From Nitrospirales bacterium (GTDB lineage: Bacteria; Nitrospirota; Nitrospiria; Nitrospirales; UBA8639): a DNA stretch of 64,000 nt. Below the pieces are notes generated by a model. The model ran no database searches. It was not told the DNA's origin and saw nothing but the letters and a program-made list of their open reading frames with translations. This document shows positions 52,463 through 64,000 of the stretch, one piece after another (the first letter of the stretch is position 1; the number at the start of each line of letters is the position of its first letter). Position numbers and translations under genes: made by a program. Location: NCBI GenBank assembly GCA_965203295.1, contig CBDBCZ010000018.1, positions 224,001-288,000 on the forward strand, written 5' to 3'.

Positions 52463-53296
52463 CAGTCAAAAACAGGGCTATCTCACGATTTACAGGGTTA
52501 GACGATTGCTAATCTCGACAGAAACATTGAAAATCAAAAAAAATCCTCCTACTAGAGGCCACAGCGGCTCTACTGTCCGCATTTCCAGTTCTTTCTTATT
52601 GAACAACAGTATGCTACGCCATTTATTTGCGGTCACAATTAGAATACGACGGGGGGCGGGCATATGCGGTCGCAAGACACGTGTTCATGCTGAAGTCTAC
52701 GTATCTATATGTCCGTGTCATTTCTACGGCAATCAGTAACGCCCAGAGCTTGGATACGGCAATATAATTTATATGACCATGTTTTTACACGAGTCAGCTG
52801 CATGCAAATGTAGCGTGGGGTATGTCTCTACCAGAGACTTCTAGCTAAGGATAGCACTGTGACATGGGCAATGAGCTTGAGTACCAATACACACTTATCA
52901 ACACAATCCTTGCTGGTAACAGTGTTGTTACCCGGAGGTTGTAGCTAAGTCCATCTATCAACGGTGATATTTTACACACAGTTGTGTAAACAGGTGTTTA
53001 TAATGGACTGGAACAAGAACTATGCTCATTTTGTTATGTCACCATGTTTTTTAGTAACTAAGCATAGTATGGCTTTCATGTGAGATCTACTCTACTTAAG
53101 CAGTCTTGTATTGTTAGTTGAACTCAGTGAACATTGCAGTCTGTTATTTCTCTGCTGAATTAGTGAGATAAAAGGCATATTCAAGGTCTACTGCATTTCA
53201 GACATCGCATTTCAAGTGATGCTTTAGCAACCAAGCAACAAAATTCGAGTGATGTTCTTATAAAGACAGAAAACATCATATCATAGAAAGGAACAA

Positions 53297-56200
53297 ATGT
53301 CTCAAGCACTTGATGGATCATCTGCTGATGCAGCTCAAAGTCATACAAGTATGCCATCTGTTACTCTTGTGTGTGTATGCATGATGTGGGTGTGTATGTG
53401 TGTGTGTGGTCACTGTTATCTTTGTTTTGTATTTTTGCTAATAATAATTACGGTTGTGTATATATCAGTCCTAGGTTCAATTGTCCAACAGTTACTATAA
53501 ATTTTCATGTTTTTACTAGGCACATCAGAGCAACAGAATGCTGCAAGTTCCCTGGAGCATGCAACAGGTATGTATCCTTCTGTGTTCCACCACAATTTAG
53601 AGTATGGTTCCACCGGAGTTGTAATAAGTAAATGTGTGCTTCAATACCAACTTCTTGAAAGAAAACTTTGCAGAGAACTGTAATTGTTTACATTCACTTG
53701 GACATTGTAGTCACAGGTACTTAATTTTATTGAGGACTAGAGTCTATAATTATCTACATATAATACTGCATTCAGGGTACTATGATGATGACGAAAGACA
53801 CCGATTCGGAACAACAAACAAAAAGGGCCAAAATCGACCACTGTCAAACTTTTCATTTACGTTTGTCAAGAAGATACTCGCAGTGAGCCATGCAAGCACT
53901 GGATATGTTGTTGAAGTGACCCCAGAATGTGTGGGCGGTGAGGAAAGTGGCTCTGAGAGCGAGTTAGAGGACTCGTGCAATCCCGGTTCAAGGTACATAA
54001 TATGTGTTGGTTGTATGCACAGTTAAATATCGCAGCCTAAAGCAATGTTTATATGTAATTATGCTTGTGTGTATATGCACAGCTTACATTTATGGTCAGT
54101 CAGGCTCTTCAGTACCAAAACTTGTTGTTTGTAATAATTTTCTGCATCTGCTACATCAATCAGTACATGATCTCTGTACTATGATTATACAGGACCAAGC
54201 TGTGCTTCTTCACATCAAATTCAACGATGAGGAAGGCAGATTTCATGGAACAACTGAACAGCTCAATCAAAGAGGGTGGACTAACCTGCTCGTTCAATGA
54301 CTTCCAACTGTCGGAATACATTCAACAAAAAAGGAGGAAGGCTGGTAGGATTCCAGTGAAACATGCGGTAGAGAAGGTTGGTCCGCAGAGTGACGGAAGC
54401 TGGGTGCTTAGTCCTTCAGTTCACATCAACACAGATGGCGAACTCATTGATGCTGACCACTCCAAGTATACCTGGATTGGGCACCTTTACCATGGCCCTG
54501 GGATTGCACCAGAGGGCACAGCATGCTGTGTTGCTTTGCCTCTATCGACCGAACCACTGATGCTCATGCTGCAGTGGTTGCAGCAAAACATGCAGCACAA
54601 TTTCATTCCATCACTGCTGGTCGTGGGGAGTTTTGCGATGGCCCTACACTACAAAACCATTGTGAGCCAGTTTCTCTATTGCCCAGTCCCACTGGCATTT
54701 GGACGAAGCTCAGGGACTGGAAAAACAACTGCTCTGCAGTGCGGTCTTGCTATGCTAGGTGCACATCCTTCTCGGTTCTATTCAAGAGCAACATATGAGA
54801 AGTATGCCGACTTGTGCGCAAGCAGCTACCTTCCGCTCGCGGTGGACGACCCGAAATCGAAAACCGCCATCAGCGACCTGACTGTGTCCCTCTTCAATGG
54901 GGCACAAGAGGGAACGATCGTTCACGGAGCAAAACAGCCACTATCGATGGCAGTTATTTCCACAAATTTCACCACCACTGAGTAAGAGAGGTATGGTGAA
55001 TATGTACATTATATAGCTACATCGTCAATTCATACATTTCATTCTACATACAGATACACCTCCAGGAATGTCCTAATTGAATTTGGGTATCCATGCCTAG
55101 ATATCTCCATGCTCGAGTACCGTGGCCTACCACCCCTTCTAGAACGGGTGTCCAGTGCTGTTGGCCGTGTCATTCGCCTCGGCAAGGTGTTTGTGGAGGA
55201 AGGCATCCAAGAAATGGAAGAAGTCATCAAGCCTGAGGTGGTCGACCTTCTCGGACACAAGGCGATTCCGAGGGTAATTCCATCGTACACCATCCTCATG
55301 TGGTTCACCTTCGAGGTATGCATTAATTTATCTGAAGAAGTAACACATATTAACTGCTTTAGCGTATTGATTTAAAGGTCCTGAAGGCTGTTGGGATGGA
55401 GCACTTGCGTGTGGACGTGCTGGAACATTTTCAGCAGAAGATGATGCCAACTATTTCCTCTCTTCAAGCACGCAGTGACATCTACCAGGGCAACATCAGT
55501 GAAGAGCCTCTGCCACCCGTGCAATCGAATTTGGCAAGGAAGTGGTGAAGTGCTGTGAGGGCACTGCACTGTACAAGGTGAAGACCAGTGTGTGCAATTA
55601 TAGTTACAGCTACACTGCAATCATGTGCTTGTGTACATACATCAAACCATGCTTATGTATGCAGCAACATTAGATAATAAATATGTAGTACCGATACTGT
55701 CAGATTTGTAGGTAGCTTTGTTAATCTTGCTTTCGTCCTGCATTGCCTGAGCTTTTTCGTTTGAAATAATTTTACTGAAGTTTGGCAAAAGTTGGCAGAG
55801 GAATATGGTGCTCCTGTGGGTCAACCAGCAGGTTTAGATTAGGGTTTTGTGCTGCTATCTGTGTTCCTGGTAGACACTGCATGCCTCAGTCCATTAACAC
55901 TTGTTTATAACACTATAAACATATCATTAAACACTTATAGTAACAATACTGTCAGATTTGTAGGTAGCTGTGCAAAGTACTGGAATTTCCTCTTCTACAC
56001 TCTAAAAAGAAGTTGGTAAATTTAACTGAGATTTTGTGGTAGTAGTTGTAAAAAAATATTTGTACTAAGGTAGCTACTACATATGTCCGAGTATGCAGTA
56101 ACTGTTAGGAGTTAGGCCTCATTTGTTCCTTACCATAAAGCCTTCGTTAACTGTAAAGTCTTTTATCCGATATAATCACTTTGCCTAGGTAACCAAGAAG

Positions 56201-57670
56201 TAGTCAGACTGTTTGCAATGTATGTCATAGTACCTGACTGTAAGATTTGCAGGTAGCTGTGTTAAGCACTGGAATTTCCTCTTGTCTGCCCTTTAACCCT
56301 GTTAGCTTGTGTATTGTATGTAGGTGTAATTATGTTTCAACAATGGAGGACAAAAGTTTGAGAACATCAGCAGTACATGTACATGTAGTACATCCTGTGG
56401 TAACACACTGCAATTTTCTACAGATATGGACTTTCTTGAGGACAGACACCACCCACAACAAACAGCAAGTGCTGGCTATTCGCCCAGAAGGTGTACCTTC
56501 TTTGAGGCCAGCCAGTGTACACTACATTCAAAAAGCTGTGAGGGATGCCAACATTGGGGTCAAGTCTGACAGGAAAGACTTCCTGGAAGGCATCCCAGAG
56601 CCAGGGGAAGTCATTTCCAAGGTACATTACCTTGTGTATATTGATGTATGTCACACAAACTATCACAGATTTTTAGTATATCAATGGTACATCTTGGGAA
56701 AAACACAGTGTTTCAATACACTACCACTGATTTGCTAATATGTTACAAGTTGCATACATGTAGTATGTGTCTGCGTTCAAACAAACCCTCATAGATATGT
56801 AGCTACATGTCCATCATGCTATACAATTGTTCTCATTCCAGGTGTCAAGAGCAACAGGGGCTAAGCAGAAGAGGTGCATCCTGGTCTACCTGCAAAACCT
56901 TTCCACCAGTGTGAAAGCAGACCTAGTACGAGGTACGTGTATACAAACCCATTATTATTTTTATTATTCTTGGACTCATCTCAGCTAATTGACAGTACTT
57001 TAGCAGGTGTATAGGGACTGTTATGACACTAGGTGCTATGGGTGTGAATACGTACATGTGTGGTACTGCTGATGGTTAACTGACAAATGTCATAATCCTA
57101 CATCTAACTGTTACAGTGAGCTCCAGTAGTACCAGTACTAGTGCACATCAGAAAGATGACATTTCTGAGGCCGACAGCGAAATGGACTGGGAAAGAGCCA
57201 GCAGACATATTGAGGCCATTGAGGCTGATGAGCTAGGTGTGGGGAGTGAGATAACTACGGAAGAAACACCCACAGAACAGCACACCACACCACCACCAGA
57301 AGTGCAAGGCCAGATCCCCGAACAAACCATCACAGCTCGGCACACCACACCACCACCAGAAGAGCAAGGCCAAATCCCCGAACAAACCATCACAGCTCGG
57401 CACACCACACCACCACCAGAAGAGCAAGGCCAAATCCCCGAACAAACCATCACAGCTCGGCACACCACACCACCACCAGAAGAGCAAGCCTCAGGTTCAG
57501 GAGAGCAAGGCATACACGAACGAAAAGAAACAGCAAAAAAGCTGGGGGGAAAACGATCACTACCACCCGATCCCAGCTCCACGGTTGGAAAAAGGACCCG
57601 ACGAGCAACCGGTCGGATGCCTGAGTGGTCCAAAACGCTCTTTGCAAAGGACATACTCCAACAAGATTAG
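53297..57670 (+). pseudogene. 9-exon P-loop NTPase gene (SF3/AAA+ helicase-like), lightly disabled
   Basis: GT-AG exons starting at 53297, ~53520, 53776, 54193, ~55054, ~55378, ~56424, ~56842, ~57117 (phases checked for the first five); Walker A GRSSGTGKTT, Walker B LPLAVDD, sensor-1 VISTNF, Arg-finger-like YTSRNVLIEF; TAA at 54983 and a probable frameshift near 55525. Confidence 0.75.
57280..57490 (+). repeat. 60-bp coding tandem repeat (x3.5; HTTPPPEEQGQIPEQTITAR)
   Basis: Near-identical units at 57301, 57361 and 57421. Confidence 0.95.
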
Positions 57671-58179
57671 CTCATATTATGATGTTATCTGTTAGATCTT
57701 TTTCGACCATGAATTCCTTGTATATTTTTGTCAGGCAGTAGCTGTTAAGCAATTTAAGTTTATCGTGCATATGACATTGTATTTGACCATTTCATATAAT
57801 TAGCTAGCTGTTGAACTTAATCTGTTGTACAATCCCTATCGAAAATACGTTTACTGTCACTGAGGCCTAGGTGAACATTTATATTGAAAAAAAATAATGT
57901 CACTGACTGATCTACAGTATGACATTGTGTTAATTGGAATGTTACTCAACAAAAGTAACTGACTGGATATAGCTACTCTGACCTGAAAGGTACTGTACAT
58001 GTAAGGCTTCGTGGAAGAACAAAGCTTTTTGTCTTCAAAGGCTGGCTATGCAGTGGAAGAACAAAGCTCTTTGTCTGTGGAACAGTAAGTAAGCTCATTG
58101 TCTGTGGAACAGTAAGTAAGCTCAAAAGTCACTAGCACCAGCTATAGTCTGACAATTCAAGAACAACTACAGTTGTAGA

Positions 58180-61100
58180 GTGCAGTCTATGATGAAGTTT
58201 GCATACTTATTCATCTTCATTGCTCTTCTTAGTGTCAGTCAAGCTGGACTTCCTACAGATTGGCATGGATACATAGCTGTACTTATCCAAAAACATTCGA
58301 AGTGTCCTTTTGCTCCAGTAGTTATCCATGCTCCAGTCCCACCACCATGGGTACCAACTTTATTGCCTGGACACTCTTGCCCATCTGTAACTACGACCAC
58401 TGCTGTTTCCTCTCAGCATAGTACTGCTGTACCTCCACCTATGACTGCAACCGTTCCATCAGTACAGCACTACTTCCTTCCAGATGTACTGATTTGGGAT
58501 CCACTTCACCAGTACCCACAACCATTCAGAGTTCCACTTCAGTGCCCTGAAGATGGTTGTAATCTACCGATGCAGTTCCTAACCTGGCAAGATGGTTCAA
58601 AAGTGCGATATCAGCCAAGAACACTCTATGGCATTAACGGAATAGTTCGTCTTGTTGGCCAGATATTTCGATGTTCCTGTGGACACTTGGTCACTAACTA
58701 TGATCCTCGACTGTTAAGCATCTTCCCAGACAGATCTTGCTTGCCATTTATGTTGCTACACAAATGTGGTTTGACCGTGGAGCTCATTAACTTCATTTTT
58801 GCACTAGCATCACAAGGCACATCCTTTAAGGATATACATCAAGCAATCAAGGGCAGCTGTGAAGCTAGGTATTACCAGTCCCAAATAGCTTACTGGTGCG
58901 CTGGTCCAGGATATGGTTTAGGTCAATCATCCTGCATGCCAGCACTACCAGTCACATTTCCTGAAATTGCACAACAAACAATAAGCAACGATATCATTAT
59001 GAATAGCTTTGTGGTAAAATTCAAGGAGTTGGAGAATCTCTTTGCTACAACAATGTCTTCTCTGACAGGAACTCACTTGAGCTGCGATCATACATTCAAA
59101 CTTGCTAAACACATTGGGATAATGAGGGATGGCTGTTGGGTTCCCCAGTATGATTCATTGTTCATAATCGTAAATGATCATGGAGAAGTACTGTTCTGGC
59201 AGCTTACCATGGGAACAGCATTTGGCATCGTCCAAGATGGATTGCAAGGGCTCACACACCGAATGAACAAACAAAGAAAGCTAGTGGAAATGATTATGAT
59301 TGACAATTGCTGTACATGGAGAAGTAAACTAATAGGCATGTTTGGAGACCAAGTTGAAGTAAAGCTAGATTTATTCCATGCAGTAAAGCGTGTTTCCTCG
59401 GCTGCTTCTAAAAAGCATCTAGCTTTCCATGCATTCTTGCAAGATTTTCGGTTAGTTTTCCGTAGTTTGGGTGACAATGGTTTACATAGAGAAAAGCCTA
59501 CACCTCCACCAAATGTGCTGTTGTCTAATTTTGATTCATTCCTGGCCAAGTGGACTAATGTTTCTCAACAAATGGCACAACCCATCCTTACCCAAGCTGT
59601 GCATCAGCAAATCGAGCAGCTCAGAAAACACATGGAGAAAGGCTGTTTAAGTGGTGTTCCGCCTGGATTGGGAACAAATAAAAATGAAAATTTGCATCGT
59701 TGTCTTAATAAACGCCTTGCTGGACAGAGACTCGGAGTGGATTTAGCAGTTGCTTTACTAAGCACATTCTTTCACTTCTGGAACACTAAACGACGAGAAG
59801 GATACAACCTTTTACCTATAGCTGAATTTTACAAGTCCCTATCACAGCACTTCAGAATTTGTGTAGAAAGCGGACAAAGCCTTTCCAGACCTTTGCCTGA
59901 TGAGAACACAAAATTCGGTATTGGAACATCACACCAGCGTCAATTTTCAGAGGAACAACTTGGCACTGCTTTCAAAGGTAAATCAAATGCTATTCAGACC
60001 ATCTGGCAACTTCATGAAATAAGAAACGATCTTAATGAGGAAGATGTGCTTTTGAAAGATTCACTAGAAGTAACAGTTGGTGATACAGTGGACATCGTCC
60101 GATATGCAATGAGCTGCTTACACCTGGAAGAATGCATTGATGCACTCTCTGATACTCACCCTCCAGTTGGAAGAATTTGTCCTTTTGGCTTGGATAGGCC
60201 AAGACTTATTGAAACTACACACCATAATGAAGAAGACCATGTAGCCAATGCAAGACTTACCTCTGTTCTTTCATCATATCATCTGACTATGTTTGAGGCC
60301 CCAGCAGATGGAGACTGCTTATTTCATTCTGTAGCTGTCCACCTTAAGAGGATGCTATGTGCACCAGAAGGACATGAGACACAGGTTTTGAATTACATTC
60401 AATCACTTGGGTTAAAATCTAATATGCACACAGATGAAATGATAGTGCTTCTGAGAAGGCTTCTTGTGGATGAATGGCTGACACAAAGAAGCAGATATGT
60501 AGCATTCTTTGATAAAGCTTTGCCACGGAATTTTGAACAGGAGGCAGCTACATATGACAAGAGAGGTGTTTTTTCCTCTGAGTTGGGAGATACTGTAATT
60601 CTTGGACTTTCCAATGTACTGTGCTTACAAATTATTGTGTTTACATCAATAGCCTTGATGCCTATTGTACCGGTGCATCCTCATAATGTAATCTCTGGAA
60701 ACACCCCAATTCTTTTAGCATTCAAGCACACTGGTCCTGGACATTACAACCCGGTCTTTCCAGACCTAAATGAGGAATGTACTCTTGAACACACAGTAGA
60801 TCACACAGATGCCACAAAACGATTGAAGAAATGTCGCTGTGGTCGTGGAGGAAATGCAAAAGACACGACACGACGCAATTGCTCTAAGAGTAGTGAATAT
60901 AGTTCTTGGTGCCCTTGTCTGAAACAAAATGTTGCCTGCACTGAGGTGTGCCAATGTTTAAACTGTGATAATCCCCATGGCCAAAGTGCAAACATTACAC
61001 TAGCCTCTCAAACATGCCGAAAGAGACCACGGCACCCTGAGCAGGACCTAACCAGGACAGCTGGGATAACAGCTATGAAAAGGTTCGAAGAGCAGCCACT

Positions 61101-61377
61101 TTGTGGACGATGGACCCCTTCAGAACATTATCTGTTGCAAGGCATTGTGTGGAAGATTAAAAGTAAAACTCCAAGTGCAAAGGTAGAGAAACACATTGCT
61201 CTCATTAGAAAACTTTATACGTTAGCTGTTGCCTTCATTAAAGACAACCATCTGTCTGTATCTACAACAGTGAAGACAGAAGGCCAAGTACAGGCAAAGT
61301 TGCAGCACCTTGCTAAAGAACAAGACATTCTACAACAATGTGGCACCACTAGTTTCCTCCCTTCTGTCACAGACTGA
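58180..61377 (+). CDS. MULE/ISL3-like DDE transposase with OTU-like protease and CXC domains
   Basis: 1065-aa open frame (true start uncertain); Zn-ribbon CPEDGC..RCSCGH, SCDHTFK (D1), IDNCC (D2), LDLFH, GTNKNENLH (E); PADGDCLFHSV...GHYNPV OTU Cys/His; CRCG..C..CPC..C..CQC.NCDNPHG. Confidence 0.8.
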   Translation: MQSMMKFAYLFIFIALLSVSQAGLPTDWHGYIAVLIQKHSKCPFAPVVIHAPVPPPWVPTLLPGHSCPSVTTTTAVSSQHSTAVPPPMTATVPSVQHYFLPDVLIWDPLHQYPQPFRVPLQCPEDGCNLPMQFLTWQDGSKVRYQPRTLYGINGIVRLVGQIFRCSCGHLVTNYDPRLLSIFPDRSCLPFMLLHKCGLTVELINFIFALASQGTSFKDIHQAIKGSCEARYYQSQIAYWCAGPGYGLGQSSCMPALPVTFPEIAQQTISNDIIMNSFVVKFKELENLFATTMSSLTGTHLSCDHTFKLAKHIGIMRDGCWVPQYDSLFIIVNDHGEVLFWQLTMGTAFGIVQDGLQGLTHRMNKQRKLVEMIMIDNCCTWRSKLIGMFGDQVEVKLDLFHAVKRVSSAASKKHLAFHAFLQDFRLVFRSLGDNGLHREKPTPPPNVLLSNFDSFLAKWTNVSQQMAQPILTQAVHQQIEQLRKHMEKGCLSGVPPGLGTNKNENLHRCLNKRLAGQRLGVDLAVALLSTFFHFWNTKRREGYNLLPIAEFYKSLSQHFRICVESGQSLSRPLPDENTKFGIGTSHQRQFSEEQLGTAFKGKSNAIQTIWQLHEIRNDLNEEDVLLKDSLEVTVGDTVDIVRYAMSCLHLEECIDALSDTHPPVGRICPFGLDRPRLIETTHHNEEDHVANARLTSVLSSYHLTMFEAPADGDCLFHSVAVHLKRMLCAPEGHETQVLNYIQSLGLKSNMHTDEMIVLLRRLLVDEWLTQRSRYVAFFDKALPRNFEQEAATYDKRGVFSSELGDTVILGLSNVLCLQIIVFTSIALMPIVPVHPHNVISGNTPILLAFKHTGPGHYNPVFPDLNEECTLEHTVDHTDATKRLKKCRCGRGGNAKDTTRRNCSKSSEYSSWCPCLKQNVACTEVCQCLNCDNPHGQSANITLASQTCRKRPRHPEQDLTRTAGITAMKRFEEQPLCGRWTPSEHYLLQGIVWKIKSKTPSAKVEKHIALIRKLYTLAVAFIKDNHLSVSTTVKTEGQVQAKLQHLAKEQDILQQCGTTSFLPSVTD

Positions 61378-61574
61378 TCATGGAATGGTTGTGAATGCGT
61401 ATTTCCTGCCGTTGATATTTCTATATCACTTACTGCTACCCGTACATCACAGCACGTATTTTTGGTTCTGTCCAACACACACTTATGTTGTGAGTATAAC
61501 TATGTTACCAGTATATAATTGTGTTGTGTTTCTTGCAAAGAAAAAGAACACTGTTGAGTATATAGACACAATGG

Positions 61575-62640
61575 AGAGAGTGGAGACAGTAGTGACAGGA
61601 GACAGTAGTGACAGTGGAGACAGTAGTGACAGAGGAGACAGTCGTGACAGGAGACAGTAGTGACAGTGGAGACAGTAGTGACAGAGGAGACAGTAGTGAC
61701 AGTGGAGACACTAGAGACAGAAGTGACAGTGGTGACAGTAGTGACAGTGGAGACAGTAGTGACAGTGGAGGCGGTAGAGACAGTGGAGACAGTAGTGATA
61801 GTGGAGACTGTAGTGACAGCAGAGACAGTAGTGACAGTAGTGACAGCGGAGACAGTAGTGACAGCAGAGACAGTAGTGACAGCAGAGACAGTAGTGACAG
61901 TGGTGACAGTAGTGACAGTGGAGACAGTAGTGACAGTAGAGACTGTAGTGACAGTGGAGACAGAGGAGACAGTAGTGTCAGTAGTGACAGTGAAGACAGT
62001 AGTGACAGCAGAGACAGTAGTGACAGTGGCGACAGTAGTGACAGTGGAGACAGTAGTGACGGTGGAGACTGTAGTGACAGTGGAGACAGTAGTGACAGTG
62101 GAGACAGTAGTGACGGTGGAGACTGTAGTGACAGTGGAGACAGTAGTGACAGCAGAGACAGTAGTGATAGTGGTGACAGTAGTGACAGTGGAGACAGTAG
62201 TGACAGTGGAGACTGTAGTGACAGTGGAGACCGTAGTGACAGTGGAGACTGTAGTGACAGTGGAGACAGAGGAGACAGTAGTGTCAGTAGTGACAGTGGA
62301 GACAGTAGTGACAGTGGAGACAGTAGTGACAGCGGAGACAGTAGTGACAGTGGAGACAGTAGTGACAGTGGAGACAGTAGTGACAGTGGAGACAGTAGTG
62401 ACAGTGGAGACAGTAGTGACGGTGGAGACAGTAGTGACAGCGGAGACAGTAGTGACAGTGGAGACAGTAGTGACAGGAGACAGTAGTGACAGCGGAGACA
62501 ATAGTGACAGTGGAGACAGTAGTGACAGCAGAGACAGTAATGACAGTGGTGACAGTAGTGACAGTGGAGACAGTAGTGACAGTGGAGACTGTAGTGACAG
62601 TGGAGACAGTAGAGACAGTGGAGACAGTAGTGACAGTGCT
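61575..62640 (-). repeat. right arm minisatellite, inverted relative to the left arm
   Basis: (agtgacagt / ggagacagt)n, reverse complement of the 50963-52270 units. Confidence 0.95.
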
Positions 62641-62895
62641 CAGTCTGCATAAGGAGTTGGTGGTCATATTAATTTCATATTAATTACTTTTGGTGTGTAC
62701 AACACCAAGTCTCAGCCACAATTATGGCCACAGGTTTGGAGTCTGTAGAAGTAGAAAAAGCTTCTTCGGACCACTACACCAGGAATTAGTCGTTGTTCAA
62801 TGGTAGTTTGAAGTGTGCATTGATGCCGACCGAATGGAAGTCATCGCAAAGGTTTTTTTTATTCTAACCCGAAGTTCAGCAGCAGAAGTTTCAAA

Positions 62896-62946
62896 ATTGC
62901 CGACGTTTCGACTGCAGTGTTGCAGTCTTTCTCAAGGCATGGCAAT
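62896..62946 (-). ncRNA. minimal type I hammerhead ribozyme variant
   Basis: Minus strand AUUGCC-augc-CUUGAGAAA-GACUGCA(acac)UGCAGUC-GAAACGUC-GGCAAU: stems I and II pair, palindromic ACGU stem III. Confidence 0.65.
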
Positions 62947-63316
62947 ACAGTACAAAAACGGCTTTAAATTCTGAAACTCTAGACTAACTGTCAGTCAAAG
63001 ACTAGGCAGAGTTCTGGCATCTTCCCTTGCTCTTCGGCATAATAGCATTGGAGTGTATTGAGTTTTTGCTGTGAGTGTTTAGTAGACAAAACAGCTATTG
63101 GCGTCTACCAGCTGTGAAAGACTGCGTGTGGTCTCTATAGGGACGCAAACGAAGTCCGTACATTGAATTTCCAGCAGTTCTGAACCGGAAAGCGTAGACG
63201 GTAAGCTTTGAGTGTATTAGCAAGCCTTAAAGTTAGCGTGGTAGCTAGAAGCTATGTACGTAGTGGGGAGAGACGTGCAGTGACTTGTCTTTGTAATGAT
63301 GCCCACATAATATTAA

Positions 63317-63972
63317 CCCCCTGAACGCGGTGAGCGTATATATACGCTCGAAAATTACTTCCGCGTATCGCGGCGAGCGTATATATACGCTCGCTATAAT
63401 AAGTGCTACGGGTCAGACCCTTCCAATTTAGTGGCACGCGTGACACTTTAGGGGGATAACCCTACGGTCTTTAGCAATCGATCTAAAGCTCCACCCCCGC
63501 CACAAGTCGTTCGAAGCGTTCACTTGACGCTTAGTTGTGTAGCACAGTTGGTACGCGGCAAAGGCGCGGGTAGCGTCTACAAGGCTTTTGAAGCCAAAAA
63601 CGCCGAGTATGGCTGTAGTCAGAGCGCTAGGCCTTAGGTACAGATCCAGCACTTAGTAACAGAGCCGGCACGAAGTAACAGAAGCGACTCACCACTGTAG
63701 TTGAGGGGACAGACACTCGAAAATGGCGACTACCAAGGTTAGCTTTAGTGCTGCCGTTTGTATTCGCTCTTCTGCAATAGTAGGGACTTTAGCACACCAG
63801 CTACACACTAAACAGCAATAGTTTTACACTTACTGGCTTCCAGTGTTGCCGTTCAGCACGCAAAATAGCCTACAACTCTACAAAACTGCGAGCACATGCA
63901 ACGTAGACAAAAATTAAATTGGCTTCCGCGTGACGCGGAAGTTATGAATAATTAAGTACCGCGCTCAAAGGG
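63317..63972. mobile_element. piggyBac-type MITE, older
   Basis: TTAA / TTTA flanks; TIR ccccctgaacgcggt vs ccctttgagcgcggt; palindrome gagcgtatatatacgctc twice near the left end. Confidence 0.7.
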
Positions 63973-64000
63973 TTTATGGAAGTTGTGATAGATAATCAAG

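Noticed and set aside
58180..58250. Signal peptide at the start of the 1065-aa ORF implying a secreted protein
   Set aside because: Downstream domains are nuclear/transposase-like; the true start may be further downstream or on an upstream exon

Overview
Eukaryotic (metazoan, intron-containing; a sponge or other early-branching invertebrate is my low-confidence guess) repeat-dense window with no recognisable host housekeeping gene. It is a nest of mostly decayed mobile elements: piggyBac remnants and TTAA MITEs, a Penelope-like retroelement split by a pogo element, Tnp2/CACTA-like, Tc1/IS630-like and Sola-like transposase remnants, two Crypton tyrosine-recombinase elements, and a ~57-bp satellite. 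Three things stand out. (1) An 11.8-kb foldback-type element (50895-62717) has an 8-bp TSD and >1-kb minisatellite-built inverted arms, and carries a 9-exon SF3/AAA+-like helicase gene plus an open MULE/ISL3-like DDE transposase fused to OTU and CXC domains. (2) Two unrelated pogo-family transposons each carry a stand-alone HIRAN gene divergent from the transposase. (3) Five copies of an unusual tyrosine-recombinase family are present, two of them directly downstream of and co-oriented with Penelope GIY-YIG ends. All family calls are by eye from motifs; no database searches were run.
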